A stretch of DNA of 63,997 nt from Octopus bimaculoides (lineage: Eukaryota), in the NCBI RefSeq assembly GCF_001194135.2, contig NC_068989.1:16914269-16978265 (forward strand), read 5' to 3'. A program made the position numbers and the translations under genes. The stretch's first letter is position 1. Every line of letters begins with the position of its first letter. Shown in pieces: positions 1 through 25,599 of the stretch. The notes beneath the pieces are model-generated. The model saw only the letters and a list, made by a program, of their open reading frames with translations, did no database searches and was not told where the DNA came from.

Positions 1-660
1 TATATATATATTTGATGGTTTCTCTCGTGAATGACAAATGAGGGTTCAGTAAAATAAAGTAATCATGTTCTATGGACATGAACGTATCTCTTGAGGCCTG
101 CTGGTGCCTTGCAAATCTTTTGGTAAAGGAAACAAGTTGAGGACTTGGTTTGCTCAAGTGCTTGTGGATCATTTACTATGTGTTTTCTTGAGTCGACAGC
201 AAGGACTGCTTTGCTTCATGCCACAAAGCCACAATTACAGGTAAGGTTTTCATTTAGAGGAGCAGCATTTTGCTAGCGTTTTCATTCTTGCACAAAGTTG
301 GAGTCAACTTTGTTCAAATCTTTGATCTGAGGAGAAGCAGGACTGGTGCCAGGTCCTGCATTCTAATGCTTTGTTTCCCCAGAAATAAAATGGAATGTGT
401 GTGTGTACACACACACACACAAATGTACTGCCATGCATGCATAGCTGTCTCATGCAAGCAAGTATAACTTAGTAGTAAGTACCATACTATCAATAATTGT
501 TTTAGGTTCCAATGCAGACATAATTACTTTTTCAATCTACTCACCCTCAACACGTGGAACATTAGAGATGTGACAGCTATATATATATATAAAAATTAAC
601 AGAATGAGATAAAAAAAATCCAAAGCTGTGAATAGTTTTCAGAACATTTACAATGAGAAG

Positions 661-708
661 ATCTTGCAGCTGTTTCCAGGATATTTTAGATATCCCATCA
701 TCAGAGAT
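661..708 (-). ncRNA. Minimal hammerhead-like motif with mutated cleavage triplet (GCA)
   Basis: Minus strand: AUCU-CUGAUGA-UGGGAUAU(CUAAA)AUAUCCUG-GAAA-CAGCUG-CA-AGAU. Confidence 0.6.
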
Positions 709-1152
709 GGTGCAAGAAAATGCTTAAGTAATAGTTATAGAGAAGAGATGAAATACAGAGTGAAGTGGAGGAATGAAAACAGACGTGAGATACGCAAAGA
801 TATTGTATTTGCAGTTCCATTATTTAAGCAGAATCGCGTATATATAAGCTTCCTGTACTTTGTGTGTGAGTTCCAAAGAGAGAGGGAGTTGCATTAGCAT
901 TTGGTTGGTACACATTTTCAGCTGAGTAGACTGGAGTAGCAGGAAATTAAGTGTACTGCTCAAGGACACAATGCACCACCTAGTCCAGGAATTGAATCCA
1001 TGACCTTATCAGCATGAGCTCACACACCTCACATTCATATATTGAAAGAGGTGTGTCTGTGTGTATTAGGTTAGAGTTCACAAAAATCACCTTAGCACCA
1101 GCATATGTTTGTTTGTTGGCACTCCGTTGCTTACAATAATGAGGGTGCCAGT

Positions 1153-1193
<41 letters not shown>

Positions 1194-1379
1194 TAGATAG
1201 AAAGATATACATAAACTAAATCATTTATGCATAAATGCAGATGTGATGCTTTCAGAGGATAGCAGATGGATAAAGCAGTGTCAGGATATCCAGATGGAAA
1301 GAAACTGGGAGAGGAAGATATGGATAGACATATTAAAAGCTGATCTCGTGTTGGTGAACCTTACAAAAAAGATGACACA

Positions 1380-1536
1380 TACTGTATTTTAACATGTATA
1401 AGGAATCCCTAATTTTTGGGGCTTAAAATTTGGAAAAAGGTTTTGTAAGGGATGATAATACTATCCATGTATACCATATTTTTTTAACCTAATTTTTGAC
1501 AAAAAGTGGGTTCCTTAAACATGTTAAAATATGGTA
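1380..1536. mobile_element. MITE, Tc1/mariner-pogo type
   Basis: About 25-bp terminal inverted repeats TACTGTATTTTAACATGTATAAGGA / TCCTTAAACATGTTAAAATATGGTA (3 mismatches), TA at both ends. Confidence 0.75.
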
Positions 1537-3945
1537 CTTTGATGGTAGAAATCATCAGGTCTTGACTCGAAGAATTCATTGAGGCACATTTTTAGTTTCA
1601 TATTGTTGTTGAATGAAATACATTAGGCTGTTGGAGAGTGACTGTTAAAGTTAAAAATCCAAAGGTGCTATATCAAGAGAATATGGTAGGCACAGTAGAG
1701 CCTCCCAAATGAGGTCTTCAATAACATTTTTGGTCAAATTAGCAATGTGGGACAAGTGTTGTCTTATTTTACATGACTTCAAAGGTGCAAAGTGAGAGAA
1801 TTATTTTTCCACAGTAGTGACAGCAACAACACTGCTTGTAACTAAGGATGTTTGTAGCATGCAAATGTAAACAAGCACACAGATACATACACACACAGGT
1901 ATTCAACAGGCTTCTTTCAGTTTTCATCTGCCAAATTCATTCACAAAGCTTTAAACGGCCTTGCCCAAGGTACTATGTAGTGGAACTAAACCCAAAACCA
2001 TGTGGTGGGGAAGTGAATCACTTAACCACATTGCTATACCTGCTCTTATATGTATATATATCTTCATCGTTTAATGTCCACTTTCCATACCGGCATGGGT
2101 TGGACAGTTTGACTATAAACAGGTCAGCTGCACCAGGTTCCAATCTGATTTGGCAAGGTTTTTATGGCTTGATTCCCTTCCTAACGCCAACTGAGTGTAG
2201 TGGGTGTTTTTTACATGCCATTAACCTGACATGGGTTTGACAGGTTTACACAAGCACAGTATATCACCAAAGGTCTTGGTCACCTGTCACTGCCTCCATG
2301 AGACCCAACACTTGCATGGTGCTTTTTACATTCCAAGTGTACAGGTGCCAGTCATATGGTACTGGCATCAGCCATGACTACAATTTCACTTGACTCGACA
2401 GGTCTTCACAAGCACAGCATATCGCCCAGTGCTTGAAGGTTGCTTTTAACAGGCCAGTTATGCAACACTGGCATCGGCCACAACTATGATCTCAATATTG
2501 GCAGTGGCCACAACTACGATCTCATATATGTGTGTGTGAATATGACAATTGTATAAGAGTTACTCTGCAGTTAATACAAATCAAAAGTGTGCTGTCAGAT
2601 ATTCCTAAGTAATATGCATGTTATATGACCTCAAAGGTCATGTACAGAGCAAATTACAAGGTAGTAGTAATAGTAGTAGTATGAGGGCATGCACTATAAC
2701 AATATGTTGCATCCACCATTTGTTGGTGATTCCTTACCCTTGGCAGATGATGCCTTTGCACTACTCAGTCCTCACTAAATTACAGCAGGGATAAACCTTT
2801 CTCTACTGCAATTCATAGCTTGCAATTAGGAATTGGTATCAAATTTTTACCTGTGATATTTCCATCTTGCAGATGCTTATTAATTCAGTAATGATGCATG
2901 TAGACTTGACCTTATCAGAAGCAAAGCAGTAAATAGAAAATGCGTTAATAGGCAATCTCCAAACTAACATGGATGTCATCATGTCAGAGTAACTAATGAA
3001 AATATTGAGTCGTCTGTGAACCCACTGAATTTAACCTAATTAATGAAGCAATATGACCTCCATTACAAAACCCAAAATGCTGGAGTGCTCTAACAGCATC
3101 AAATGTATCAAGATGCAGGACTCACTATCTGTATAATTGTGTAAGTTATACATGAAGATTATTTTCTTTAATATTTTATTATAGTGTTTTCATCAGTGAA
3201 TCAAATTTAAAAAGAAAATTCAATTCAACTGCCCTGAAGATATCCAACAAATATAAGATTTTTAATTTACACACAAATGTGAATGTTTTGTCACAAATTT
3301 CAGTAATAAAATTATACATAAATATCATTCATTTTTTGCCTTTTTACTTCTATGTAGAGAATATTTTTAAAAAATCATCTCAATATTTTCCTCGTTTATA
3401 TTTATATATGTGGTTGGTGAATGAGAATAATTTCTCACATCTGCAAGGTTTTATTACTTTGTGTTACTACTAATAATTAATGAGTTCATGTGAATGACTT
3501 ATAACATGAATAGGTTTTTCTCCAGGGTGTATTTGTGGATTATATGACAAGAATGATTACCAGCTGATAATTTTTGCCTCCAATCTACTTTCAGCTGTGA
3601 GTTACTGGTTACTCATATTTCACACTGATAAAAGTTATATTTTCTGCTCAACTGTGGATTACAAGAGAAGATTTACTTCACACTGAAAGATTCCCCATAT
3701 ATTTCACACTGACATAGCTCTGTTTTTCTTTATTTTGTATGTGTTCATTTATTAACTACAAGTTAATAAATTCACAAATAAGAATTTCTTGAGGATTTTA
3801 GTGAAAGAATTTCTCTCAAATGAAAGCATATTTATAGACTACAAGATGAAAATTTGAAGAGAATGATTTCAAAAATATTTCACCAAGATGGTCTCCAATG
3901 CATACTTGATGGACTAAAAATTCAGATTTGTAAGAGAAAGATTTT

Positions 3946-5526
3946 TCACATTTCACAGTCAAAAGGTTCCTCTTCAGTATGTATTTTTTGGTGTGCTTTT
4001 AAGTAACCATTAGAAACAAAAGATTTCCCACACACTTCACAATAAAATGGTTTTTCTCCAGTGTGACTACGTATGTGGATAACAAGATTTGATTTATTAA
4101 CAAACGACTTTCCACATATTTCACACTGATATGGTTTTTCTCCAGAGTGCATTCTTTTGTGTATTGTTAACTGACCATTAGTACTAAACGATTTCCCGCA
4201 CATCGGACAGTGGAAGGGTTTCTCTCCAGTATGTGTTCTTTTATGTATTTGCAAGAGACCATTAGAGATAAAAGTTTTCCCGCATATTTCACAATGATAA
4301 GGTTTGTCTCCAGTGTGTGTCACTTTATGTGTTTTTAGGAGACCATTTGTCACAAAAGATTTACCACATATTTCACACCCAAAAGGTTTCTCTCCAGTAT
4401 GTATTCTTCTGTGAGTTGCTAAATAACTACTAGAGACAAAAAATTTCCTACATATTTCACAATAATATGGCTTTTCACCAGTGTGTATTCTTTTGTGCCT
4501 TGTTAAATCACTACTGCTGATAAAAGATTTCCCACAAGTTTCACAGCACTGTAGTTGTTCCCCAGTGTGACTACGTGTGTGAACTGTAAGCTTAGAATTA
4601 GAGATAAAAGATCTCCCGCATATTTCACAGCGATATGGCTGTTCTCCTGTGTGACAGCGTATGTGCAATGTAAGCTTAGAATTCGTGACAAAAGATTTCC
4701 CACACACTTCACAGTGGTACGGTTTTTCTCCAGTGTGTAACCTTTTGTGAAGCACAAGACTAGATTTAACAGTAAATGATTTTCCGCATATTTCACAGCT
4801 GAAGGGATTTTCTCCAGTGTGTATTCTTCTGTGTATTTTTAAAAGATCGTTAGTAATAAACGATTTACCACATATTTCACAGTTGTAAGGTTTTTCTCCA
4901 GTGTGTCTACGTTTATGGATAACAAGATTCGAATTCTTAGCATAAAATTTCCCACATATTTCACAATGGTGTAGTTTTTCTCCAGTGTGTATTCTTACGT
5001 GTGTTGTTAACTTACAGTTAGTGGTAAATGATTTTCCACATATTTCGCAATTATAAGGTTTTTCTCCCGTGTGTATTTTTTTGTGCCTGGTTAAATCACT
5101 ATTATTAGCAAAAGATTTCCCACATATTTCACAGGAATAAGGTCTTTCGCCAGTATGTATTCTTTTGTGAGTTGTTAAATTACTATTCTGGACAAAGGAT
5201 CTCCCGCATATCCCACAGTGGAAAGGTTTCTCTCCAGTGTGTATCCGTTTGTGACTGGTTAAATTACTGCTATATAGAAACGATTTTCCACACATTTCAC
5301 AGTGATAAGGTTTTTCTGTGTTATGTATTTCGTTGTGAGTAAAGGTTTCATGTTCTGAAGAGAACACTTTCTTACACATCTCAAAGTGATATTCAGCAGT
5401 ATTTCTGCATAATGTTCTCTGTTTAGTAAATGTTGCACTACGTAAAGGTTTTTCATCCTTGTTTCTCTGTATAACTGTATCTATAATGGTAGAAACAGTT
5501 GTGTGATTAACATCTTCCATATTCAT
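3946..5526 (-). CDS. C2H2 (Kruppel-type) tandem zinc-finger protein, 526 aa, 16 intact fingers plus a degenerate N-terminal finger and a truncated last finger
   Basis: Uninterrupted ORF with repeated CxxC-x12-HxxxH units joined by TGEKP-type linkers; no KRAB or other recognisable N-terminal domain; possible acceptor near 5601 implies a non-coding upstream exon. Confidence 0.95.
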   Translation of the reverse strand: MNMEDVNHTTVSTIIDTVIQRNKDEKPLRSATFTKQRTLCRNTAEYHFEMCKKVFSSEHETFTHNEIHNTEKPYHCEMCGKSFLYSSNLTSHKRIHTGEKPFHCGICGRSFVQNSNLTTHKRIHTGERPYSCEICGKSFANNSDLTRHKKIHTGEKPYNCEICGKSFTTNCKLTTHVRIHTGEKLHHCEICGKFYAKNSNLVIHKRRHTGEKPYNCEICGKSFITNDLLKIHRRIHTGENPFSCEICGKSFTVKSSLVLHKRLHTGEKPYHCEVCGKSFVTNSKLTLHIRCHTGEQPYRCEICGRSFISNSKLTVHTRSHTGEQLQCCETCGKSFISSSDLTRHKRIHTGEKPYYCEICRKFFVSSSYLATHRRIHTGEKPFGCEICGKSFVTNGLLKTHKVTHTGDKPYHCEICGKTFISNGLLQIHKRTHTGEKPFHCPMCGKSFSTNGQLTIHKRMHSGEKPYQCEICGKSFVNKSNLVIHIRSHTGEKPFYCEVCGKSFVSNGYLKAHQKIHTEEEPFDCEM

Positions 5527-6290
5527 ATCCTCTTAAGATCCAAGAGATGTATCAGTATATAATCGATTATGGTTCAGTTTTTTTTCTTGCATATCATGGG
5601 ACTCTGTTAACATGTGTGGAAAAAATGAGGTTTAGATATTTTTTCTATTTTACCACCATAACGCTCGTTGCGGAATAGGTCCTCCCAAAGAGACGCACAT
5701 CTTGTCATCGATAAAGATATTTCTAGTTTAATTTTAAGAGAGATAATTAGGACCAGGAAAGCTAATCGCTTAATTGTTGACAGTTTCAATCCAATTTTCC
5801 TTGTCCCATTAAAGCTGTTTCGGATGAAATCAAACAAGTGTGGAACACCGACTTTAAAACGTGTAGGTCACTGTATGTTATTCATAAATATTAGCGTTCA
5901 TCCTAACATGAGATAATCGCTACACAAATATATACAGATCAGTTGAAGTTATAAAGATTAATAAATTACTGATGCGATAAAAGCATTTTGTTTCAATGCT
6001 ATTTCATACTATAAGAGTACGAAGTAGGCGGTGTCATTGGCAATATGATACCGGTGACATAAGTTAAATGTACCTAATAAAAATACAACTTCTTGATAGG
6101 GCCAAATCGTAATCACCGCTGTTGAAAACATAGGAATCTGAAGAAATTCTTGGAAAAATAAAAATAACAGAGGTAGATGCTTTGTATTGTAGATAGTATC
6201 TGTACGTGACATATGGTGGAAGCAATAAAGTTTGACAAATGAAAGGTTTACGAAATCAAAAGGATGTATGAAGATATATTGTTGCGTAGT

Positions 6291-6677
6291 GGAGGTGCAA
6301 TGGCCCAGTACTTAGGGCAGCGGACTCGCGGTCACAGGATCGCGGTTTCGATTCCCAGACCGGGCGTTGTGAGTGTTTATTGAGTGAAAACACCTAAAGC
6401 TCTACGAGGCTCCGGCCGGGGGTGATGGCGAACCCTGCTGTACTCTTTCACCATAAATTTTCTCTCACTCTTTCTTCCTGTTTCTGTTGTGCCTGTATTT
6501 CAAAGGGCCAGCTTTGTCACACTCTGTGTCATGCTGAATCTCCCTGAGAACTACATTAAGGGTACACGTGTCTGTGGATTGCTCAGCCACTTGCACGTTA
6601 ATTTCACGAGCAGGCTGTTCCGTTGATCGGATCAACTGGAACCCTCGTCGTCGTAACCGACAGAGTGCGTAACAACA
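6291..6677 (+). repeat. tRNA-derived SINE family A, full length
   Basis: A box TGGCCCAGT, B box GGTTTCGATTCCC, (CAA)-type tail; several near-identical copies in the window. Confidence 0.9.
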
Positions 6678-7099
6678 GATCACAATGAAAAGGTGGACGA
6701 GACAGGAACTCTTCGTGTATCATACGTGAAGTTACTTACTCCCACTAGGCTGGTGGAGCTAATAAGGGAAATATTACCTTTATATACTTGTTGCTTTGAG
6801 TTTAAATTCATTGGGTTCAAAGAAAAATGCTTCCAACCTCTAGGAGTGACATCACTAAACACAGTTGACTTTCCTTTCATCTATGTGTGTGTATTTTAAG
6901 TTTAGGGCGTATGATAATTTTAGACAAAAGATAGTCAATGTCAAAAAGAAAAAGAAAATATACCAATGGCCACAGACGGCCGTACTTGATGTCCTAGAAT
7001 GCCACATGCGGCCTTAAGGTTTAGACCTTGACTTTGGAAAAGATAGCAAGGACTCCACTAAGCATGCTTGTATTTATTTACTGATTGTTTTACTTGATT

Positions 7100-7260
7100 A
7101 ACATCGTCTTTCACAGGCGCCTAAGAAGATAGAAGGTGATCGAATGATTTAGAGGTAACTCGTGAGGGTGCTTAGTTGTTCCAGCGCATCAGCCTCACCA
7201 TCACCCGTGGCAACGCTGCAAGCGTGTTGGCGTGCCTCAAAAGTCATCCCCAAAATTTCC
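7100..7260 (+). mobile_element. CRE/RLE-clade non-LTR element C-terminal remnant
   Basis: REGA*LFQRISLTITRGNAASVLAC resembles the FQRLSIAIQRGNAASVLG terminus of CRE-like elements. Confidence 0.6.
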
Positions 7261-7536
7261 AACTTAAGGTGGTCAATTGTTTTTGTTTTTTCTTCTTCTC
7301 ACTCTTATGTATATATTTAAGTATAAGTAAAACTTATATACATAACTTAGGGTATAACTACAGCAATTCACAATGTAAGATAAATTAGTTTGTGGTAAAA
7401 AGAAAAGTCTGATGTTTTTAGCAGGCCCTTCCTTTCGCAGACAAAGGATCCCTTTCTCTTATTCATCGTAACAAAACTACGTGCTTCGTCGGATCCTGTA
7501 GTCTCGCGTTTAAATTAGAGCGTTTATTTGTTACCT

Positions 7537-7572
7537 CCCTTACATTTGTTGCCAATAACAACGAGGCGTTCT
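7537..7572 (+). promoter_or_regulatory. Conserved promoter block with RFX X-box-like motif upstream of CFAP119 copy 1
   Basis: GTTGCCAATAAC at 7548-7559; block conserved at 50773-50808 (GTTGCTATTAAC). Confidence 0.4.
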
Positions 7573-7806
7573 GTACTTTTTGGAGAAACAGTTTCTCTTC
7601 GCACTTCGCCACCACTGCCTCTACACAGTCTATACAGTGTCATTACACCGTCACTACCACCACCTCTATACAATCTCGGTCACTACCACTGCCATTACCT
7701 CTGTCGCTACACTATCGCACCGTCACCACTGCTACTACAGAGTACTGCACCAGTACTATCACCCACTCTGTACCGCCACTCTAATATTACATTAACTAAA
7801 GCTACA

Positions 7807-20144
<12,338 letters not shown>

Positions 20145-20167
20145 GTTAGTTAGCAGATACCTTAAAT

Positions 20168-20726
20168 CATCATCATCATCGTTTAACGTCCGCTTTCCAT
20201 GCTAGCATGGGTTGGACGATTTGACTGAGGACTGGTGAAACCGGATGGCAACACCAGGCTCCAATCTGATTTGGCAGAGTTTCTACAGCTGGATGCCCTT
20301 CCTAACACCAACCACTCAGAGAGTGTAGAGGGTGCTTTTACGTGTCACCTGTACGAAGGCCAGTCAGGCGGTACTGGCAACGGCCACGCTCAAAATGGTG
20401 TATTTTATGTGCTACTCGCACAAGAGCCAGTCCAGGGGCACTGGCAACGATCTCGCTCGAAAATCCTACGAAGGCCAGTCAGGCGGTACTGGCAACGGCC
20501 ACGCTCAAAATGGTGTATTTTATGTGCCACTCGCACAAGAGCCAGTCCAGGGGCACTGGCAACGATCTCACTCGAAAATCCTACGAAGGCCAGTCAGGCG
20601 GTACTGGCAACGGCCATGCTCAAAATGGTGTATTTTATATGCCACTCACACAAGAGCCAGTCCAGGGGCACTGGCAACGATCTCACTCGAAAATCCTACG
20701 AAGGCCAGTCAGGCGGTACTGGCAAC
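20168..20726 (-). repeat. Family D copy with internal 115-bp tandem array
   Basis: Units start at 20354, 20469, 20584 and 20699 (partial). Confidence 0.9.
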
Positions 20727-21303
20727 AGATAAAGATAATAAATTTTCTAGGTTATTAACCTTATATCATCACAAATATGTATGATGTTTATACCTACTCT
20801 ACATGTTCATTGGTTTAATTTCTGATGATCATCAGGTGTCTTATTCTTAATATACATTCAAGGTCCAAACTATGTTTGCACTGTAATAGGTACATTTTTA
20901 TCCACTAAGCTACAACTATAACTTTATCAGCTGAAGCATCATTATCATCATAACATGGTATTATAGATGAAAATTCATGAAGAGACAGTCTAACTATTTT
21001 TTCTGCTTGTTCTTTTAAACCACATGTGGCTCTGCTACTATGTAGTACTCCTTATTCATATTGTTTCTTCATTGATAACCTTATATTGCTGAAGGAGTTT
21101 AAAGTGATTATAATTTGAGTTCCAACCTTTTATGGTAATTTGTGGTAACATTTAGTGCATCTGCATCTATCCGTCCCTTTATCTATCTTACATTTTATCT
21201 ATCCACCTGCATGCATGCATGTATGTATGTATGTATGTACGTGCATGCATACATACACACACCAGACATGTACATACGTACGTATGTACATACATACATA
21301 CAT

Positions 21304-21691
21304 TGTTGTTGTTGGCACTCTGTCGCTTACTACGTCAAGGGTTCCAGTTGATCCGATCAACAGAACAGCCTGCTCGTGAAATTAATGTGCAAGTGACTGA
21401 ACACTCCACAGACACGTGTACCCTTAACGTAGTTCTTGGGGATGTTCAGCGTGACACAGTGTGACAAGGCTGACCCTTTGAATTACAGGCACAACAGAAA
21501 CAGGAAGTAAGAGTGAGAGAAAGCTGTGGTGAAAGAGTACAGCAGGGTTCACCACCATCCCCTGCTGGAACCTCGTGGAGCTTTTTAGGAGTTTTCGCTC
21601 AATAAACACTCACAACGCCCGGTCTGGGAATTGAAACCGCGATCTTATGACCGCGAGTCCACTGCCCTAACCAATGTGCCATTGCGCCTCC
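21304..21691 (-). repeat. SINE family A
   Basis: Reverse-complement copy. Confidence 0.9.
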
Positions 21692-24261
21692 ACACATACA
21701 TACATACATATGTATCATGGATAGAAGTCTAATCAAAGCATGTTTCTGTTTTCCCCAGCTAGAAAGGAAAGAATATAAGGTGTTAGCAAATTTTGTGTGC
21801 AAGGGATGCATGAGGAAAATTCATCTTCATAGTATTCAGTCCTATTAAGTAAGAGTACTTAAAGTGAGAAGGGAGACAGAAATTGTCCAAATAAATTCAT
21901 AGAGTTCTCGAGAAGGTCAATGCTTGCTGGAAAGCTTACAGTGTTTCAGCTTGACAACCTTTCAATGTAGTTCATATTACTAGAATCCATTCAGTCCATT
22001 CAGATAATACCTAAAAGACAACAGAATTCAACTTTTTTTTACTTGCCTTCTTTCCTCATCCAGTCTATATTCTCCCTTGTACCTTGTGAGTATACTGTAG
22101 CATCCTGTCACCAGCACCTTTATCTTCCTTCCAGTGACTCTCATTCACCCTTGCATAATGTAGGGGAAGCCATGTATCTCCTTTATAGTAAGACGCCTAC
22201 ACTTTTCCTTCTATCATATTTTAGCCTTGAACATCTTGCATAAAGCAGCCATCTATCCCTCTCTCAAATACATGCCCACTCAGATGAGCAAGTTTTTTTC
22301 ATTCCCATTCTTTATTTTGTCTTATAAGTTATTTGGTGATCTCAGTAGTGCCAGTGTCATGAAAAAAAAAAAAATAGCACCCAGTACATACTGTAAAGTG
22401 GTTGGCGTTAGGAAAGGAATCCAGCCATAGAACCCATGCCAAAGCTGACATTGGGGTCTGCTGCAGTGCAATGGCATGTCAGAGCCTGTCAAACCATCCA
22501 ACCCATGACAGCATGGAAAATAGACATTAAATGATGATGATGATGATGAAATTTGAGAGAAAATAAAGGTTTGAATCAGTATGTATAGACATCTTTTAGA
22601 ATATAGAGACATGAACTTCTTTGATGTTGGCTGAGATAGCAAATGATTCTATAAGTTGTAATTATTTAACTAATCAGAACCAGTTTTAATCATGATGCTC
22701 ACTGGGTTCTGACTCTGAATGCATGCTAGTGATAATATATATATATATATATATATATANNNNNNNNNNNNNNNNNNNNNNNNNNNNNNNNNNNNNNNNN
22801 NNNNNNNNNNNNNNNNNNNNNNNNNNNNNNNNNNNNNNNNNNNNNNNNNNNNNNNNNNNNNNNNNNNNNNNNNNNNNNNNNNNNNNNNNNNNNNNNNNNN
22901 NNNNNNNNNNNNNNNNNNNNNNNNNNNNNNNNNNNNNNNNNNNNNNNNNNNNNNNNNNNNNNNNNNNNNNNNNNNNNNNNNNNNNNNNNNNNNNNNNNNN
23001 NNNNNNNNNNNNNNNNNNNNNNNNNNNNNNNNNNNNNNNNNNNNNNNNNNNNNNNNNNNNNNNNNNNNNNNNNNNNNNNNNNNNNNNNNNNNNNNNNNNN
23101 NNNNNNNNNNNNNNNNNNNNNNNNNNNNNNNNNNNNNNNNNNNNNNNNNNNNNNNNNNNNNNNNNNNNNNNNNNNNNNNNNNNNNNNNNNNNNNNNNNNN
23201 NNNNNNNNNNNNNNNNNNNNNNNNNNNNNNNNNNNNNNNNNNNNNNNNNNNNNNNNNNNNNNNNNNNNNNNNNNNNNNNNNNNNNNNNNNNNNNNNNNNN
23301 NNNNNNNNNNNNNNNNNNNNNNNNNNNNNNNNNNNNNNNNNNNNNNNNNNNNNNNNNNNNNNNNNNNNNNNNNNNNNNNNNNNNNNNNNNNNNNNNNNNN
23401 NNNNNNNNNNNNNNNNNNNNNNNNNNNNNNNNNNNNNNNNNNNNNNNNNNNNNNNNNNNNNNNNNNNNNNNNNNNNNNNNNNNNNNNNNNNNNNNNNNNN
23501 NNNNNNNNNNNNNNNNNNNNNNNNNNNNNNNNNNNNNNNNNNNNNNNNNNATAACCAGACATTGAAATATATTACAAGGTAATAGGCTTTTTGTTTATAA
23601 TAATAATAATTATAACGGTTTCAAATTTTGGCACAAGGCCAGTAATTTTGGGGAAAGGGTGAGTCAATTACCCCCCCCCCCGTGCTCAACTGGTACTCAC
23701 TTTATTGAGCCCCAGAAAGAAGAAAGGTAAAGTTGACTTTGGTAGAATTTGAACTCAGAATGTAAAGACAGATGAAATGCTGCTATGCATTTCGCCCAGC
23801 ATACTAACAATAATAATAATAATAATAATCCATTCTACTAAAGGCACAAAGTCTGAAATTTCGGTGGAGGGGACTAGTCAATTACATTGACCCCCAGTGT
23901 TTTACTGGTATCTAATTTATTGACTCTGAAAGGATGAAAGGCAAAGTTGACCTTAGCGGAATTTGAACTCAAAATGTGAAGATGGATGAAATACCACAAA
24001 CCATTTTGCCCAGCATACTAACAGTTCTGCCAGCTTGCTGGTCTACTCAACCTGAAGAAAATTCTAACTGGGTCCCACCGCAAGGCTATGTGCTGTTTAT
24101 CTTGATATGAGATCACCATGTTGCACACATATAGTTGTGATACGCGTGCCTGGTGTACCCTTATCAGACAAGTATTCATGGTGGGTATATTGGGTTTCAT
24201 TTGTACCCCATTGTCACTTTGATGGCATGCATTGCTCTCTCATTCAATAATACAATACTCT

Positions 24262-24645
24262 TTTACTCTTTTACTTGTTTCAGTCATTTGACTGTGGCCA
24301 TACTGGAGCACCGCCTTTAGTCGAGCAAGTCGACCCCAGAACTTATTCTTTGTAAGCCTAGTACTTATTCTATCGGTCTCTTTTGCCGAACCGCTAAGTT
24401 ACGGGGACATAAACACACCAGCATCGGTTGTCAAGCGATGTTGGGGGGACAAACACAGACACACAAACATATACACACACTTACATATATACAACGGGCT
24501 TCTTTCAGTTTCCGTCTACCAAATCCACTTACAAGGCTTTGGGTGGCCCGAGGCTATAGTAGAAGACACTTGCCCAAGGTGCCACGCAGTGGGACTAAAC
24601 CCGGAACCATGTGGGTCATAAGCAAGCTACTTACCACACAGCCAC
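24262..24645 (-). repeat. SINE family B
   Basis: Reverse-complement copy. Confidence 0.9.
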
Positions 24646-24646
24646 G

Positions 24647-24678
<32 letters not shown>

Positions 24679-25599
24679 CCTTTTTACTAAAGGCACAAGG
24701 CTTGAAATTTTGGGGAAGGGGACCAGTCGATTACATCGACCCCAGTGTTTCACTGGTGCTTAATTTATTGATTACGAAAGGATGAAAAGCAAAGTTGGCC
24801 TTGGCAGAATAATAATAATAATAATAATGACAGACTTTTCTTTATTAGCTGCAAGGGCTTGATAAGATACAAAAAATATAAAACTTTTACTTGAGGTTAC
24901 AAAGTAAGTATAAAGTGAACTATAAAAACAAAAACAGTTACAAATTATGAAAGGGGAGTATGAGACATTGTACAATATATGGTAGGATATTTTAAGAATT
25001 TTAGAACTTAAAAGTACACACACACACACACACGTGCATATACATATAAATACACATATGCACAAATATATGAATACATGTACACATGTGTGCATATATA
25101 TACATATTTACATAGAAAAAAATTAAAAGTGTACAATTAAAACAGAATAATTAAAACAAAGTATAATTAACAAAAATAAGCAATGAATGACTTTTTGGTT
25201 AGGTTGAATTGGGTACTCTATGATCCCGTTCACTTAAACACATTTCAGATTCTATTTGAGTGCAAACAAATGTATCACTAAGCATTTTTTTGTTTTTTTA
25301 TATATATTTTGATACTGAAAAGCATCAGCATCTTGATGCTATTTTTGTAAAAGTTTGATATGATGTTTTTATTTTCTCTTTTGCATGATGTTTATATTCT
25401 CAACTTAACAGTTCTTGTGTCATTCCAACCCCTTCAGAAAGTCTGTAACTTCAGAATGTAAAAAAAAATGTTAAATATTAATTACTTTTGTCTTCTACAT
25501 TTTCTTTGTTATTTTGCAGAGGAATGATTTTGCTGTCTTTAAAAAAAAAAAATTGTTTCTCATAAACATAGAACAAAGAAAATAGATTAGACTGTTTTG

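Noticed and set aside
5607-5916. Opposing 76 and 82 aa ORFs upstream of the ZNF
   Set aside because: No recognisable domain or splice support; cannot be assigned
6291-6365. tRNA-like sequences at SINE heads
   Set aside because: A and B boxes present but they continue into SINE bodies; not stand-alone tRNA genes
20235-20784. Three overlapping 138-165 aa repetitive ORFs and a CRISPR-like periodicity
   Set aside because: Tandem 115-bp SINE module with no unique spacers; eukaryotic context, no cas genes
22719-23582. Long ORFs spanning N runs (also 36000-37199, 38340-38629, 46593-47049)
   Set aside because: Artefacts of translating assembly gaps
25505-25527. Acceptor TTTTGCAG|AGGAATGA resembling the start of the CFAP119 last exon
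   Set aside because: Stops after two codons with no further similarity; could be chance
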